DNA of 64,000 nt from an uncultured Gemmatimonadales bacterium (GTDB lineage: Bacteria > Gemmatimonadota > Gemmatimonadetes > Gemmatimonadales > GWC2-71-9): the NCBI GenBank assembly GCA_963695555.1, contig CAVOGR010000002.1, positions 224,001-288,000 on the forward strand, given 5' to 3'. The position numbers and the translations under genes are program-made. Positions 18,345 to 28,597 of the stretch are shown one piece after another (position 1 is the first letter of the stretch; each line of letters begins with the position of its first letter). Below the pieces are notes generated by a model. It did not search any database. It was not told the origin of the DNA and was given only the letters and a program-made list of their open reading frames with translations.

Positions 18345-19547
18345 GTGGCGAACATCAACACCCGGAAGGGCACCATCGCAATTCTGACCGGTGGTGGCGA
18401 TGTCCCAGGCCTCAATCCGGCAATCCGGGCCCTCACCATTCGGGCCAGTCGTGAAGGGTACCGCGTGTTAGGCATTCGACGCGGCTGGGCCGGCCTCATT
18501 GAGCTGAACCCGGACAATCCGGAGACTCACGGCCAGTGCGTGGTCGAACTGAGCAAAGAGGTCGTCAACAAGGTCGGTCGTACGGGCGGCACGTTCCTGC
18601 ACACGTCGCGCACCAGACCCAGCCACGTGCCGAGGAACAACGTGCCCGAGCACTTGTCGGGCACCTACGACCAGGAAACCAACGACCTCACCCACGAGGT
18701 GCTGGCGAATCTCAGCTACCTCGGCATCGACACCCTGATCCCGATCGGCGGGGACGATACCTTGTCCTTTGCCGCCCACCTCCACCGACAAGGCGTGTCG
18801 GTCATTGCGATCCCCAAGACGATGGACAACGACGTGCCTGGCACCGACTACTGTATCGGATTCAGCACGTGCGTAACCCGCACCATCGAGATGACGCATG
18901 CGCTGCGCACGACCGCAGGGTCGCATGAACGTTTTCTCGTCATCGAAGTCTTCGGCCGCTATGCCGGATTCACGTCGTTGTTACCAACCATGGCGGGCGC
19001 GGCCAATCGCTGCGTCATTCCCGAGCATACGTTCAGCATCGAGCGGCTCTGCGAGTTGCTCACCGAGGATCGCTTCTCGAACCCCAGTCGCTACAGTGTG
19101 GCCCTGGTTTCTGAAGGGGCGACATTTGAGGGGGGCGACACGGTCTTCGCCAGTCATGAGAGCGACATGTACGGCCACAAGAAACTGGGAGGGGTCGGCG
19201 ACCAGATTTCCCAGCAGCTGAAGGAGATCTCTCCGCAATTCAATCACGGGCGAAGGATCAATGTCATCAATCAGCGCCTGGGATACTTGGTACGGTGCGG
19301 CGACCCCGACGCGCTGGATTCGATGGTTCCCATGGCGTTTGGCAATCTCGCCATGGACCTGGCCCTCGCCGGGACGAGCGGCCAGCTGGTCTGCGTGCGC
19401 GATGGACGCTATGACCACGTCCCGCTGGAGATCGTGGCGAGCCAGAAGAAGGTCGTCAACATCGAGAAGTACTACAATACCGAACGACTGCGTCCCATGT
19501 ATACCCGGTTCGACGCGAAGCCGCTGTTCATTATGACCGGCGATTGA
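18345..19547 (+). CDS. 6-phosphofructokinase, probably PPi-dependent
   Basis: GGAGGA RBS plus GTG; TGGGDVPGLN, GGDDT, PKTMDND. Confidence 0.85.
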   Translation: MANINTRKGTIAILTGGGDVPGLNPAIRALTIRASREGYRVLGIRRGWAGLIELNPDNPETHGQCVVELSKEVVNKVGRTGGTFLHTSRTRPSHVPRNNVPEHLSGTYDQETNDLTHEVLANLSYLGIDTLIPIGGDDTLSFAAHLHRQGVSVIAIPKTMDNDVPGTDYCIGFSTCVTRTIEMTHALRTTAGSHERFLVIEVFGRYAGFTSLLPTMAGAANRCVIPEHTFSIERLCELLTEDRFSNPSRYSVALVSEGATFEGGDTVFASHESDMYGHKKLGGVGDQISQQLKEISPQFNHGRRINVINQRLGYLVRCGDPDALDSMVPMAFGNLAMDLALAGTSGQLVCVRDGRYDHVPLEIVASQKKVVNIEKYYNTERLRPMYTRFDAKPLFIMTGD

Positions 19548-19703
19548 CCGTTCGAAGGCGGCGGAAGGTCGATGTTGCCCTCCACGGGCACTAGGCGCAT
19601 CCTCAGGGAGACAGGTCGCCATACCTAACCAGCCCCAGCAGGGTGGGACCACCGACGCACCCTCTGGCGAAAGGCATAACCTTTGCACCACCGCAGTCCT
19701 GCC

Positions 19704-20945
19704 ATGCCCCAACCACGCCCTAGCCGCGCGGCTCCCTTGCTCATCCTGGCGGCCCTCTGCCTGGCTCCCAGTCTATACGCGCAAAATGCCAGCGTGTGGG
19801 GCGATGAACTCCCTGCGCCGCACGCGCGGTTGCCGGATGCCGACCGGCAGCTCGGCGCTCCGATCGATTGGCCGGCGCCACCGCTGGGCGGCCCGCCAGA
19901 TCATGTCAAAGGCATTTACCTCAACGCCTGGGCCTTTGGCGACAAGCGCTTCTACCAGCTGGTTCGATTGGCGCAAGAAACGGAGATCAACGCCTTCGTC
20001 ATCGATATCAAGGACGATACCGGCTATCTCACTTATCGATCGGCGGTCGCGACCGCCATTGCGATTGGAGCCAATCGCCGCCTGCGGGCCAGGGATACGG
20101 AAGCGCGTCTGCGATTCCTCCATGAGCGGGGGATCTATCCGATCGCCCGGATCGTCGTCGCCAAGGACCCGCTGCTCGCCGCACAGAAACCCGCCTGGTC
20201 GGTGGCCCACCGCGATGGCGGGCTCTGGCGGGATCGCTTGAAATTTGCCTGGGTGGATGCCTTCAATGATTCCGTGTGGGTCTATGCCGGGCAGCTGGCG
20301 GAGGAAGCCATCCGACTGGGGTTCAGCGAGGTTCAATTCGACTACGTTCGGTTTCCGGACGAGCCCAAGTCGCGCCTCGCGAGCGCAGTGTTCGCGGCCC
20401 GTCGTCCCAACGAGACCACGCGCGACGGTGTCGTCCGGAATCTCCGGCTCCTCAAACAGTACATGGCACGCGCCGGGGCGCCGTTTACCATCGACGTCTT
20501 CGGCATGACCGCGAGTGCCACCGTCGATCTGGGTGTTGGACAAGTGTGGGAGGATCTGGTCACCACGGCCGACGTAGTCCTTCCCATGGTTTATCCCAGC
20601 CACTATTACCACAGCTTCTACGGCATCAAGCGGCCGAACAGCGAACCCTATCGCGTGGTGCGGTTCGCGTTGCAGGACGCCGTGAAGCGAACCGTCGCGG
20701 CCAACGGCACCGCCGAGATTCGGCCCTATCTCCAGGCGTTTACTCTGGGCAAGCCGCGCTATACCCCGTTCCATGTGCGGGAGCAGATTCGGGCCGCCGA
20801 GGAGGTCGGACTCAAGTCATGGGTGCTGTGGAACCCGAGAGCGGTGTATCACCGGGACTTCTTTCTCCCGAAACGCACACCACGGGTCGCGACGGAACCG
20901 GTCGCGGACTCGTCCATCACCAAGGCCGGAATGGGATTGAAATAA
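19704..20945 (+). CDS. Secreted putative glycoside hydrolase (DUF4015-like)
   Basis: Signal peptide; INAFVIDIKDD, YPIARIVVAKD, EVQFDYVRFP, PMVYPSHY, RPYLQAF, WNP. Confidence 0.8.
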   Translation: MPQPRPSRAAPLLILAALCLAPSLYAQNASVWGDELPAPHARLPDADRQLGAPIDWPAPPLGGPPDHVKGIYLNAWAFGDKRFYQLVRLAQETEINAFVIDIKDDTGYLTYRSAVATAIAIGANRRLRARDTEARLRFLHERGIYPIARIVVAKDPLLAAQKPAWSVAHRDGGLWRDRLKFAWVDAFNDSVWVYAGQLAEEAIRLGFSEVQFDYVRFPDEPKSRLASAVFAARRPNETTRDGVVRNLRLLKQYMARAGAPFTIDVFGMTASATVDLGVGQVWEDLVTTADVVLPMVYPSHYYHSFYGIKRPNSEPYRVVRFALQDAVKRTVAANGTAEIRPYLQAFTLGKPRYTPFHVREQIRAAEEVGLKSWVLWNPRAVYHRDFFLPKRTPRVATEPVADSSITKAGMGLK

Positions 20946-20955
20946 CCCGCCGCGC

Positions 20956-22998
20956 TCAGACCGCGGCGGGCACTTGCGGCGTCCACTCGGTAATGTACCC
21001 CGCCAGCGCGCTCGCCGCCGTGGTGTAGGGGCTGGCGAGATAAAGCTTGCCCGGTCCAGAGCGGCCGGGGAAGTTGCGGTTGATGGCACTGATCGTGACG
21101 GTCTCAGTGTCGTAGGAGACACCCGGACCCGCGTTGATGCAGGCGCCGCACGAGGGCTCGATGATCTCGGCGCCGACCGCTTCGAAGATTTCGATGTAGC
21201 CCCGCTCCTCCGCGTGGCGCTTCACATCCTGACTTCCAAATTGGATGTAAAACCGTACCGTCGGATGCACGCGCCGGTCGCGCTCCGCCGCCTCGCGCAG
21301 GACACGGGCGTACATGTCCATGTCTTCCTTCTTGCCCGCCGTGCAACTACCCGCATAGGCGATGTCGATTGTGATCTGCTCGCCCAGTTCTTCGATGAAC
21401 AGGCCATTGCCCGGATCGCCCGGGAGCGCAATCATGGGATGAAGATTCGTCGCGTCGATTTCGATGACTGTCTCATAACGGGCCGTGGGGTCCGACGTGA
21501 GCCCGTGGAGAAGCGGCTCGATGTCGGCTCGCTTCATGCCCCGCTCGCGTACCAAGTACTCGATTGCCTTGTCGTCCGGCTGCACGATGCCGGTGAAGGC
21601 TCCGATCTCGGCCGCCATATTAGTCATGGTCGCACGCTCGTCGATGGACAGCTGAGCCACCGCGGTCCCGGCATATTCGACGATCTTCCCGATGGCCTGG
21701 CCGTTCTTGACGTAGGGATGCCGCAGGATCTGCAGCATGAAATCCTTGGCCGTCACATTGTCGGGTTTCGCTCCGTTCACGCGGATCAGGACCGACGGCG
21801 GAACCTTGATTCGGACATCCTTGGTGAGCCACGAGTTGAAGATGGCCGTGGTGCCGACTCCGAACGCCACGCAGCCAATGGCTCCGCTGTGCGGCGTGTG
21901 AGAATCGCTTCCGATAATCACCTGCCCCGGGAGCGCGTGTTGCTCTAGCATCTTCGAGTGGCAGATCGCTTCTGATCCACGTACCACCATATTGAGCCCG
22001 AGCCGTGGCAATTCCCCGTAGAGTTTGATCCCCTGTTCAGACGCGAACTCCTCTTGCTGGCTCTTCAGTTCGAGGGCAAGATCGAGCAGCCCCTCGGCCT
22101 TGCGCTCATCCGTCATAGCCATTTCGAGAAATGTCAGGTGATCCCGGAAAAAGAAGATCGACTGGGGATCGACGACCTTTTCACCGGCGCCGACGGAGCG
22201 CCGCCAGAAGATGGCGGCCATGGGCGTGACATACTCATGGCTGAATCGGATATCCGTGCGCACAAACCCTTCGTCGCCCGGCTGAACGGCGGGGACACCA
22301 ACTCGGTCGGCTTCGAGGTCCGTGACCCAGTGTCGCGCGAGGATTTTTTCGGCCAGTGTCATCGGCTGCGGCGCGGTGTGGACCGCGGGGACCGACACCG
22401 TGCCCTGCATTCGGGCCACGTTGTATTGAAACAGCCCGCCGGCTTCGATGATGCCCCGGGTGATGTCGCCTTCGGCCTCGGTGAACACGCTGAGCGGAAT
22501 GGGCTCGCCGCGCTTGATCCGATCGAGCAGAGAAAAGTCGGTGCTCGTCAGCACGCCGAGATTCTGGCAATTCTCTCGATAGATGCGCTCGATGTTCTCG
22601 GCAATCACGAGACGGATGCCGGCGCACATTTCGGCATAGGGCGACGCTTCCCGACTCGAGCCTTTGCCGCGTCGCTTGCCGCTGACCGAAACCGCGAAGC
22701 CGCCTCGCTTCACGGCGCCTCGTGTGACCGGGAACTGGTCGCCGCACTTCAAGCCGACATACGGAAATTCCCCCAGGGTCTCGTCGTAGTAATAGCAGAC
22801 ATAGGCGGGCGTGATCTCGTCGGTGGAGATATTGTCCCGCAATGTGAGTGCGGGCGTCCACTCGAGATCCTCACCCGCGAGCTGGCGGGTGACGAGCGCA
22901 GGGTCCTCACACAGAAAGAGAATCCTGCCATCGAAACGCACGGGATCGGGCACACGGCTCGTGACCCGTTGCTTGATACTGTCCAGCATCGTCCTCAT
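20956..22998 (-). CDS. Aconitase-family (LeuD-LeuC-like fused) [4Fe-4S] dehydratase
   Basis: N-terminal swivel domain (NISTDEI, GSSREA), then TLAEKILA, DH, GSDSHT, GSCT, SCGAC, NRNFPGR. Confidence 0.85.
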   Translation of the reverse strand: MRTMLDSIKQRVTSRVPDPVRFDGRILFLCEDPALVTRQLAGEDLEWTPALTLRDNISTDEITPAYVCYYYDETLGEFPYVGLKCGDQFPVTRGAVKRGGFAVSVSGKRRGKGSSREASPYAEMCAGIRLVIAENIERIYRENCQNLGVLTSTDFSLLDRIKRGEPIPLSVFTEAEGDITRGIIEAGGLFQYNVARMQGTVSVPAVHTAPQPMTLAEKILARHWVTDLEADRVGVPAVQPGDEGFVRTDIRFSHEYVTPMAAIFWRRSVGAGEKVVDPQSIFFFRDHLTFLEMAMTDERKAEGLLDLALELKSQQEEFASEQGIKLYGELPRLGLNMVVRGSEAICHSKMLEQHALPGQVIIGSDSHTPHSGAIGCVAFGVGTTAIFNSWLTKDVRIKVPPSVLIRVNGAKPDNVTAKDFMLQILRHPYVKNGQAIGKIVEYAGTAVAQLSIDERATMTNMAAEIGAFTGIVQPDDKAIEYLVRERGMKRADIEPLLHGLTSDPTARYETVIEIDATNLHPMIALPGDPGNGLFIEELGEQITIDIAYAGSCTAGKKEDMDMYARVLREAAERDRRVHPTVRFYIQFGSQDVKRHAEERGYIEIFEAVGAEIIEPSCGACINAGPGVSYDTETVTISAINRNFPGRSGPGKLYLASPYTTAASALAGYITEWTPQVPAAV

Positions 22999-23104
22999 TC
23001 CGAAACGTCGAGTTGTCCGAACTGCTCGAATATGGAAGATCACCGCTCCCCCGCCACCCAAGCAAGGATTGGAATTCAGGCCCTGGAGCGATAAGATCCC
23101 CGCC

Positions 23105-23983
23105 ATGCGCCGGAACTTCTTGCCAGCCATCGTCTGCGTGCTGGGCGCCTGTCCCGGGCCCACGGTGACCCCGGCAAACCGCGCGGACCTCGATCGCCCT
23201 CCGACCCCATTCGTAAATCCAGCCCTCACCGAGAGCTCGGGAGTGGTCCCCAGCAGACGCTTCTCGGGCATCTTGTGGACCCACAATGATTCGGGAAACG
23301 AGCCCCTCCTCTTCGCCACCGACACCTTGGGACGCGATCTCGGCGCCATCACGGTCACCGGAGCGGAGAACCTCGACTGGGAAGACCTGGCAATCGGCCC
23401 GTGCAGCACGACGATCTGCCTCTACATCGGAGACACCGGCGACAATCGAGAGGTCCGTTCGTCGGTTGCGATCTATCGGGTGCCAGAACCCGATGTGACT
23501 GCGGTCAGGACGGCTATGGCGGAGAAACTGGAGCTACGCTACCCCGACGGACCGCACGACGCCGAGGCGATGTATGTCGATGCGCGAGGCGACCTCTATC
23601 TCGTGACAAAGGGTCGGTCGCACGGCGTCCTTTTCTTTCGAGTCAAGCACGACGCCTGGGGCAACGGTCGAGCAGTGGCCGAATCGGTCGGGAGTCTCCC
23701 CCTCGATCCGCGTGGAGCGCTCTTTGACATGGTGACCGGTGCCGACATCAACGCCAGGAACGATCTGATGGTGCTCCGCACCTATCGCAGGATCTATCTC
23801 TTCCGGCTGACGCCGAACGGCAACATCGGTTCTCCGGACCCCGTCAGTGTCTGCGACATCGCCGGCGTCGAGTCCCAGGGCGAAGGAATAGCATGGCTCG
23901 ATGAATCGCGGTTCGTCCTCACCAGCGAGGAAGGGAATCTCGGCCCCGGAACCGTCACAATCCTGCGCTGCCCCCATCCCTGA
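23105..23983 (+). CDS. Exported beta-propeller hypothetical protein (probable lipoprotein)
   Basis: Signal with LGAC; repeats ESSG, WTHNDSG, DWEDLA, YIGDTGDN, DAEAM, QGEGI. Confidence 0.7.
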   Translation: MRRNFLPAIVCVLGACPGPTVTPANRADLDRPPTPFVNPALTESSGVVPSRRFSGILWTHNDSGNEPLLFATDTLGRDLGAITVTGAENLDWEDLAIGPCSTTICLYIGDTGDNREVRSSVAIYRVPEPDVTAVRTAMAEKLELRYPDGPHDAEAMYVDARGDLYLVTKGRSHGVLFFRVKHDAWGNGRAVAESVGSLPLDPRGALFDMVTGADINARNDLMVLRTYRRIYLFRLTPNGNIGSPDPVSVCDIAGVESQGEGIAWLDESRFVLTSEEGNLGPGTVTILRCPHP

Positions 23984-23995
23984 CGCGTCGGTCCA

Positions 23996-24889
23996 ATGGC
24001 CAAGGTCCGCTGGTTGGTTGTGCTGCTCCTCGTTGCGCTTCTCGTGCTGCAGGATCGCCCCGACCCAACACCACCTCATCAAGCAGAGTGGCTCAGCGCC
24101 GGCTCACTGCAGCTCCGGACCGTTCGGGCGGGCCAGGGCGACACGACCTTGTTCCTGCTGCATGGCTACGGGGAATCCCTCCTGGCGTTTCGCGCGCTGT
24201 TCGATCAATTGGCAACGCGATACCGAGTGGTAGCGGTAGACCTCCCGGGGTTCGGCGTGAGCGACAAGCCCGAGGGCCCCTACGACCACGAGACCATGGC
24301 TGCCACCCTCTGGGACTTCCTCGATCAACACATCTATGGAGACGTGGTGGTGGTGGGCCATTCCCTGGGCGGACAGCTGGCGGTGGAGCTCGCGCTCAGT
24401 CATCCCGACCGCATCGTCGCCCTGGTCCTCATCGCTCCGGCCGGCTACGGCCTGAGCCCCTGGCATTCGGCCCTCACGGGGAGGCCGGCCCGTCTTGTCG
24501 GCTGGGCCAGTGTGCCAATCGCGTATCTGATGCCGATCCATGCACCGGACTGGCTCGGCGAACCCGACGCATTGCAGAACTACGACCCGCTGGCGGATCC
24601 GGCGTTTCGCGCCTCGGCCACCAAGGTTCTTCAGGATTTCGACTTTGCCGGGTTGCGCGACCGCTTTCACGAGCTCAAGCAACCGACGCTGCTCGTCTGG
24701 GGCCACCTCGATCCCACCATTCCCTTTAGCACCGGCCAGGCTATTGCCGCGCTGGTACCCTGCAACCGCCTGGTGGACTTCGATCGGGTACTCCACCGCC
24801 CGCATCAAACCGAGCCAGATAGCGTGTTCCGCTCCATAGTCCAGTTTCTCGCTGACCCCCCAAGGTGCCCTCCGGCCCGGAGCCCCTGA
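23996..24889 (+). CDS. Alpha/beta hydrolase
   Basis: LLHGY, DLPGFGVSD, GHSLGG nucleophile elbow; N-terminal hydrophobic anchor. Confidence 0.9.
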   Translation: MAKVRWLVVLLLVALLVLQDRPDPTPPHQAEWLSAGSLQLRTVRAGQGDTTLFLLHGYGESLLAFRALFDQLATRYRVVAVDLPGFGVSDKPEGPYDHETMAATLWDFLDQHIYGDVVVVGHSLGGQLAVELALSHPDRIVALVLIAPAGYGLSPWHSALTGRPARLVGWASVPIAYLMPIHAPDWLGEPDALQNYDPLADPAFRASATKVLQDFDFAGLRDRFHELKQPTLLVWGHLDPTIPFSTGQAIAALVPCNRLVDFDRVLHRPHQTEPDSVFRSIVQFLADPPRCPPARSP

Positions 24890-25104
24890 CAGATCCCGAG
24901 GTCCTCCCGGTGCTTCGACGTTCCATGTTGAAGCGGCATTGGAAAGTCGCCACCGTCTCGAGCATTTCGCGTAAGTGCAACAAGGTAAAGGGGATAGGGT
25001 TTTGCGAAGTTGAATGCCGGTGCCTCCTACTGGTCGCGAAGGCCACTCGGGGGTATCTTTGCGCGCTTTTCGGTTGCGTCCTTTTCATAGCCGGGAGAGA
25101 CCCC

Positions 25105-26211
25105 CTGGAACTGCCCAACGAGCACCGAGTACCCCTTACTTGGCTCGTCGAGCATGGCTGCGAGTCTGTGCGCCTGCGCACGTACCGCGACCTCGCCCCA
25201 TCCGGCTTTGCTTCTCCTGAGAGCATGCAAGAAGCCTCCGATGCGGTGGCCGCATCGAAGCTGGTCACGGCCATCACCAAGAAACAGAAACCGACAGGGG
25301 TGTGGGGCAAGACCCTCCTCGGCCCGGCGGCTCCGGGTGGCAGGGGCGAGAAGGACATGGGTGCTCTTGCCGAGTACCGCAGGCTGATCGAGCTGGGGTT
25401 GGACAGTTCGGCTAGACAGATCAAGCTTGCAGACCGCGTCTTCTTTCGGCTCTTGTCACGGGATCCCGATCCGCAATTGCTGTTCGAGTTCCGTACGCTC
25501 GCCAAGACGGATCCCACGATCGAAGGCTGGGCCCGAGAGCGAATTCGTGAAGCCGCCACGGCCGCGCTGGCCGAAGGAGGCCACAGCGACGACCCTCGTA
25601 TCCGGGGCTCCGCCCATAAGATCGCCAGCAGCATCTCTCAGTTCCTGCGCAGCCCGCTGGCCGACAAGCCCCTCGTGAAGGCCGGGCAGAAGACCTTGCT
25701 CCATCCGGATGCCCGCCCACCCACGTGGTATTCAGTGGGGATGCTTGCCGCCATGCCCAGCCTGCGCCGAGAGCGCGCTGGGTTCACCGAGCGGTTGGGG
25801 GCATACTTGGCGAAACCGGGCCTCAAGAAGGACTTCGCCATGCGGGTCGGACGGCGGATTCTGAAACCCAAGGCGCTCTTGATGGGGGATCCCATTCGCG
25901 CCGACCGCCAAGGGAGCCCGAAGGACATCCCCCTCGCCCTGCACTACATCGAGCTCCTGTCGAGAATCGGCGCACTGCACACCGCACCGAATGCGTCGAA
26001 GGTGCTCGCGCGATTGGTCAAAGACTGCGACGAGAACGGTGTGTGGCACCCCAAGAACCTGCGTTCCCGTCCGAAGTCCAGTAGCCTCATGGCCTACCAC
26101 GCGTTCCCCTTGTGCTCGGACGCGAGCACGCTCGAATCGAGGCAGGTCGATGTGACGTTCCGCCTCGCCTTGATCGCCAAGCACTTGGGCTGGGACCTCA
26201 CCTACCGCTAG
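25105..26211 (+). CDS. Hypothetical alpha-helical protein (start uncertain, possibly CTG)
   Basis: Long open frame with GC3-biased codons; GGGAGA 6 nt before in-frame CTG; QKPTGVW and DENGVW resemble alpha/alpha-toroid repeats. Confidence 0.6.
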   Translation: MELPNEHRVPLTWLVEHGCESVRLRTYRDLAPSGFASPESMQEASDAVAASKLVTAITKKQKPTGVWGKTLLGPAAPGGRGEKDMGALAEYRRLIELGLDSSARQIKLADRVFFRLLSRDPDPQLLFEFRTLAKTDPTIEGWARERIREAATAALAEGGHSDDPRIRGSAHKIASSISQFLRSPLADKPLVKAGQKTLLHPDARPPTWYSVGMLAAMPSLRRERAGFTERLGAYLAKPGLKKDFAMRVGRRILKPKALLMGDPIRADRQGSPKDIPLALHYIELLSRIGALHTAPNASKVLARLVKDCDENGVWHPKNLRSRPKSSSLMAYHAFPLCSDASTLESRQVDVTFRLALIAKHLGWDLTYR

Positions 26212-26278
26212 CCCGCGCTTCAGCCACGGGATCCCGCCAGGCTTGTCACGGGCGGTGCTAGTAGCTCATACTACCAAC

Positions 26279-26965
26279 ATGCCCCGGCTCGACCTCACAC
26301 CGTTCGGATTTACCCCCACAGAGAGCCTGGTCTATGAGGTGCTGCTCAAGACGGGGCCGGGAACGGGCTACGCCATTGCGCGGGCAGCGAGTTTGGCACG
26401 AGCCAACGCCTACAGTGCCCTGGAGGGACTGGTGGCGAAGGGGGCGGCGCGAGTAGCGGACGAGCGGCCCAAGCGATATCGGCCGGAACCTCCATCGACT
26501 CTCGTGGCCAAGATTTCAAACCAACAGGGAACAGCGCTCGAGGAACTCAGCGCAGGACTTTCCGACGTCACATCGCCCAGCTCCCCAACCCTGGTGGAAA
26601 TCGTATCCGTCCGCAGTGTGCTTCGGCTCCTCACCCATGACATCGGACGCGCGCAGACCGAAGTGCAGCTCGTGGCGCCGTCCGACGCCTACCCGCTACT
26701 GGTGCCGGCGCTCAGACGAACCTCGACGGCAAACGTAGTGCTGACACTCTGTTCCACCGCGCCGGTCGATCTCGCTTTTGCGCCGGTCGAGCAGATACCG
26801 GAGAGTCCGTCCTGGCCGGGGAGCCCCTTGGTGTCGGTGATCGACGACCGCTCTGCAATCATTGCCGCACGCCAAGAGGACTCGGTGTTCGGGCATTGGG
26901 GCACGTCCCCGACATTTGTCGCCGGGGCTCGATTGATCATCGAACGATTCCGCCAGGCAAGATGA
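26279..26965 (+). CDS. TrmB-family transcriptional regulator
   Basis: FGFTPTESLVYEVLL..TGYAIA..RANAYSALEGLVAKG wHTH plus C-terminal effector domain. Confidence 0.85.
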   Translation: MPRLDLTPFGFTPTESLVYEVLLKTGPGTGYAIARAASLARANAYSALEGLVAKGAARVADERPKRYRPEPPSTLVAKISNQQGTALEELSAGLSDVTSPSSPTLVEIVSVRSVLRLLTHDIGRAQTEVQLVAPSDAYPLLVPALRRTSTANVVLTLCSTAPVDLAFAPVEQIPESPSWPGSPLVSVIDDRSAIIAARQEDSVFGHWGTSPTFVAGARLIIERFRQAR

Positions 26966-28578
26966 CCGACCTCGATGAAGGGTTCCGGGAACTCCAGGCG
27001 GAGTACTTGGCCGAGGTGCCCAAGCGCTTGGCCGAGTTGCGTGAAGATTTCGTGGCGATCGGCGCCGGGGATACCAAGGCCCTGGACTCGCTCGCCAGGA
27101 AGTTTCATCAACTGGCGGGCTCGGGCGGCTCCTACGGTTTTCCCGAAATCAGCGCCGTCGCGCGAGAAGCGGAGCAATTCATTCGAGGGAATCCGCCCTG
27201 GAACGCCGATAATCTCGGCCACTTGGACGGAGCCATCGAGCGCTTAGGGGCGGTGGTGGCCGCAGTGACCGGCCCCGAGGAGGCATCGTCTGCCCTCGCG
27301 ATAGACCCCACTTTCCGGGGCCACGTCGCTGGTCGCCCCGGGGAGCTACGCGACGCCGTTCGGGACATCCTCACAGGTGCGGGGCTCCGTGTCACGACAG
27401 ATGGCGGTTCGGTCGAGGAAATGTCCCAGGTCGGGGATCTCCCGCCGTCCCAGTGGCCCGACGTGTTGGTCATTGTCGATCACGGCGATGACGGTGACAT
27501 CGACCCCTTCCTTCTTGCAGCCGCATGGTCATCCCTGCGAGTCGCCCGCCTGCAGGCCATCGTGCTCATCCAAGCAGGTTCCGAGGGAGGCGGGCCGGGT
27601 GTCATGCCGGGCGTCGATGCCATCTTTTCGCCTGAACAGGCTCGCTCTGAGTTGCCGGCCTACGTCACAACGACGATCCGCACCGGGTCGCCACCAATTC
27701 GGGTCCTATTGATTGAGGGCGACCTGGATCAAGCCCAGCTCATGACAGGATGGCTCGAGACTGGAGGCATCCAGGTCGTTCATGTCGGGACCGCGTCTCT
27801 GGCCCATCCCATTTTGCACGGGGAATCGCTGGATATGGTCGTCCTCGACGTGACTTTGCCCGATGCCGACGGGCTCGCCTTTGCCCGGCAGATCGAACGG
27901 CATCAACCGTGGTCGGCCCGGCCGGTCCTCCTGCTCGCCGAACCGGCGGACATCGCCCAACATCTCGAAGCCCTGCGTACAACCGGGGATGCGTTTCTCA
28001 CGAAGCCCATCGCTGACAGACAGGGCCCGTTTCTGAACCTGGTGCTTACGCGCGCAGAGCGCGGCCGTCAGCTTCGAGCGACGGCATACCGGGACAGCCT
28101 GACTGGATTGCTCAACCATGCGACCCTGATGGTCGCGCTCGAGCATGCAATCGACCACGCGCGGCGCCGAGGCACCATGACCGCCCTGCTCATCATCGGC
28201 CTCGACGATCTCGAGGGCGTGAACGCCCGGCATGGTCATCTCAGTGGGGATCAGGTGCTTGCTCATGCCGCCAAGGTGCTTCGCGGTGCGGCCCGCGGAG
28301 GCACGCTGCTTGGCCGCGTAACCGGCACGACACTTGGCGTCATCTCTCTGCCGAAGCACGCCGAAGATGCTGGCGCTCTCGCACGACAGATTCAGGCTGC
28401 CTTCGAGACGCACCCGCTCGATCGTTCCGGCGAGGAGCTTATCAGGATCACCGCCAGCATCGGTATCGCGTGTTCTCCGGGAGTTGCTGACAGCGCGCCG
28501 GCTATGCTCAAGGCTGCCAAGCAAGCGCTCGCGCGCGCGCAGGGCGGCGGCGTGGAATCCGCTCCCCCCACGGCCTGA
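26962..28578 (+). CDS. Hpt-REC-GGDEF signalling protein with degenerate GGDEF
   Basis: Hpt FHQLAGSGGSYGF; REC VLDVTLPDADG..FLTKP; DSLTGLLN..GHLSGD; A-site reads RVTGTTL. Confidence 0.8.
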   Translation: MTDLDEGFRELQAEYLAEVPKRLAELREDFVAIGAGDTKALDSLARKFHQLAGSGGSYGFPEISAVAREAEQFIRGNPPWNADNLGHLDGAIERLGAVVAAVTGPEEASSALAIDPTFRGHVAGRPGELRDAVRDILTGAGLRVTTDGGSVEEMSQVGDLPPSQWPDVLVIVDHGDDGDIDPFLLAAAWSSLRVARLQAIVLIQAGSEGGGPGVMPGVDAIFSPEQARSELPAYVTTTIRTGSPPIRVLLIEGDLDQAQLMTGWLETGGIQVVHVGTASLAHPILHGESLDMVVLDVTLPDADGLAFARQIERHQPWSARPVLLLAEPADIAQHLEALRTTGDAFLTKPIADRQGPFLNLVLTRAERGRQLRATAYRDSLTGLLNHATLMVALEHAIDHARRRGTMTALLIIGLDDLEGVNARHGHLSGDQVLAHAAKVLRGAARGGTLLGRVTGTTLGVISLPKHAEDAGALARQIQAAFETHPLDRSGEELIRITASIGIACSPGVADSAPAMLKAAKQALARAQGGGVESAPPTA

Positions 28579-28597
28579 CTTCGACTAACCGCCCCGG

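Noticed and set aside
19548..19700. Glycine-riboswitch-like fragments (CTCAGG, CTCTGG)
   Set aside because: Lacks the GGAGA and CCGAAG core and the correct order of elements
26962..28578. GGDEF protein as the cGAMP source for the riboswitch
   Set aside because: Active site is degenerate and it lacks the Hypr Ser/Thr signature
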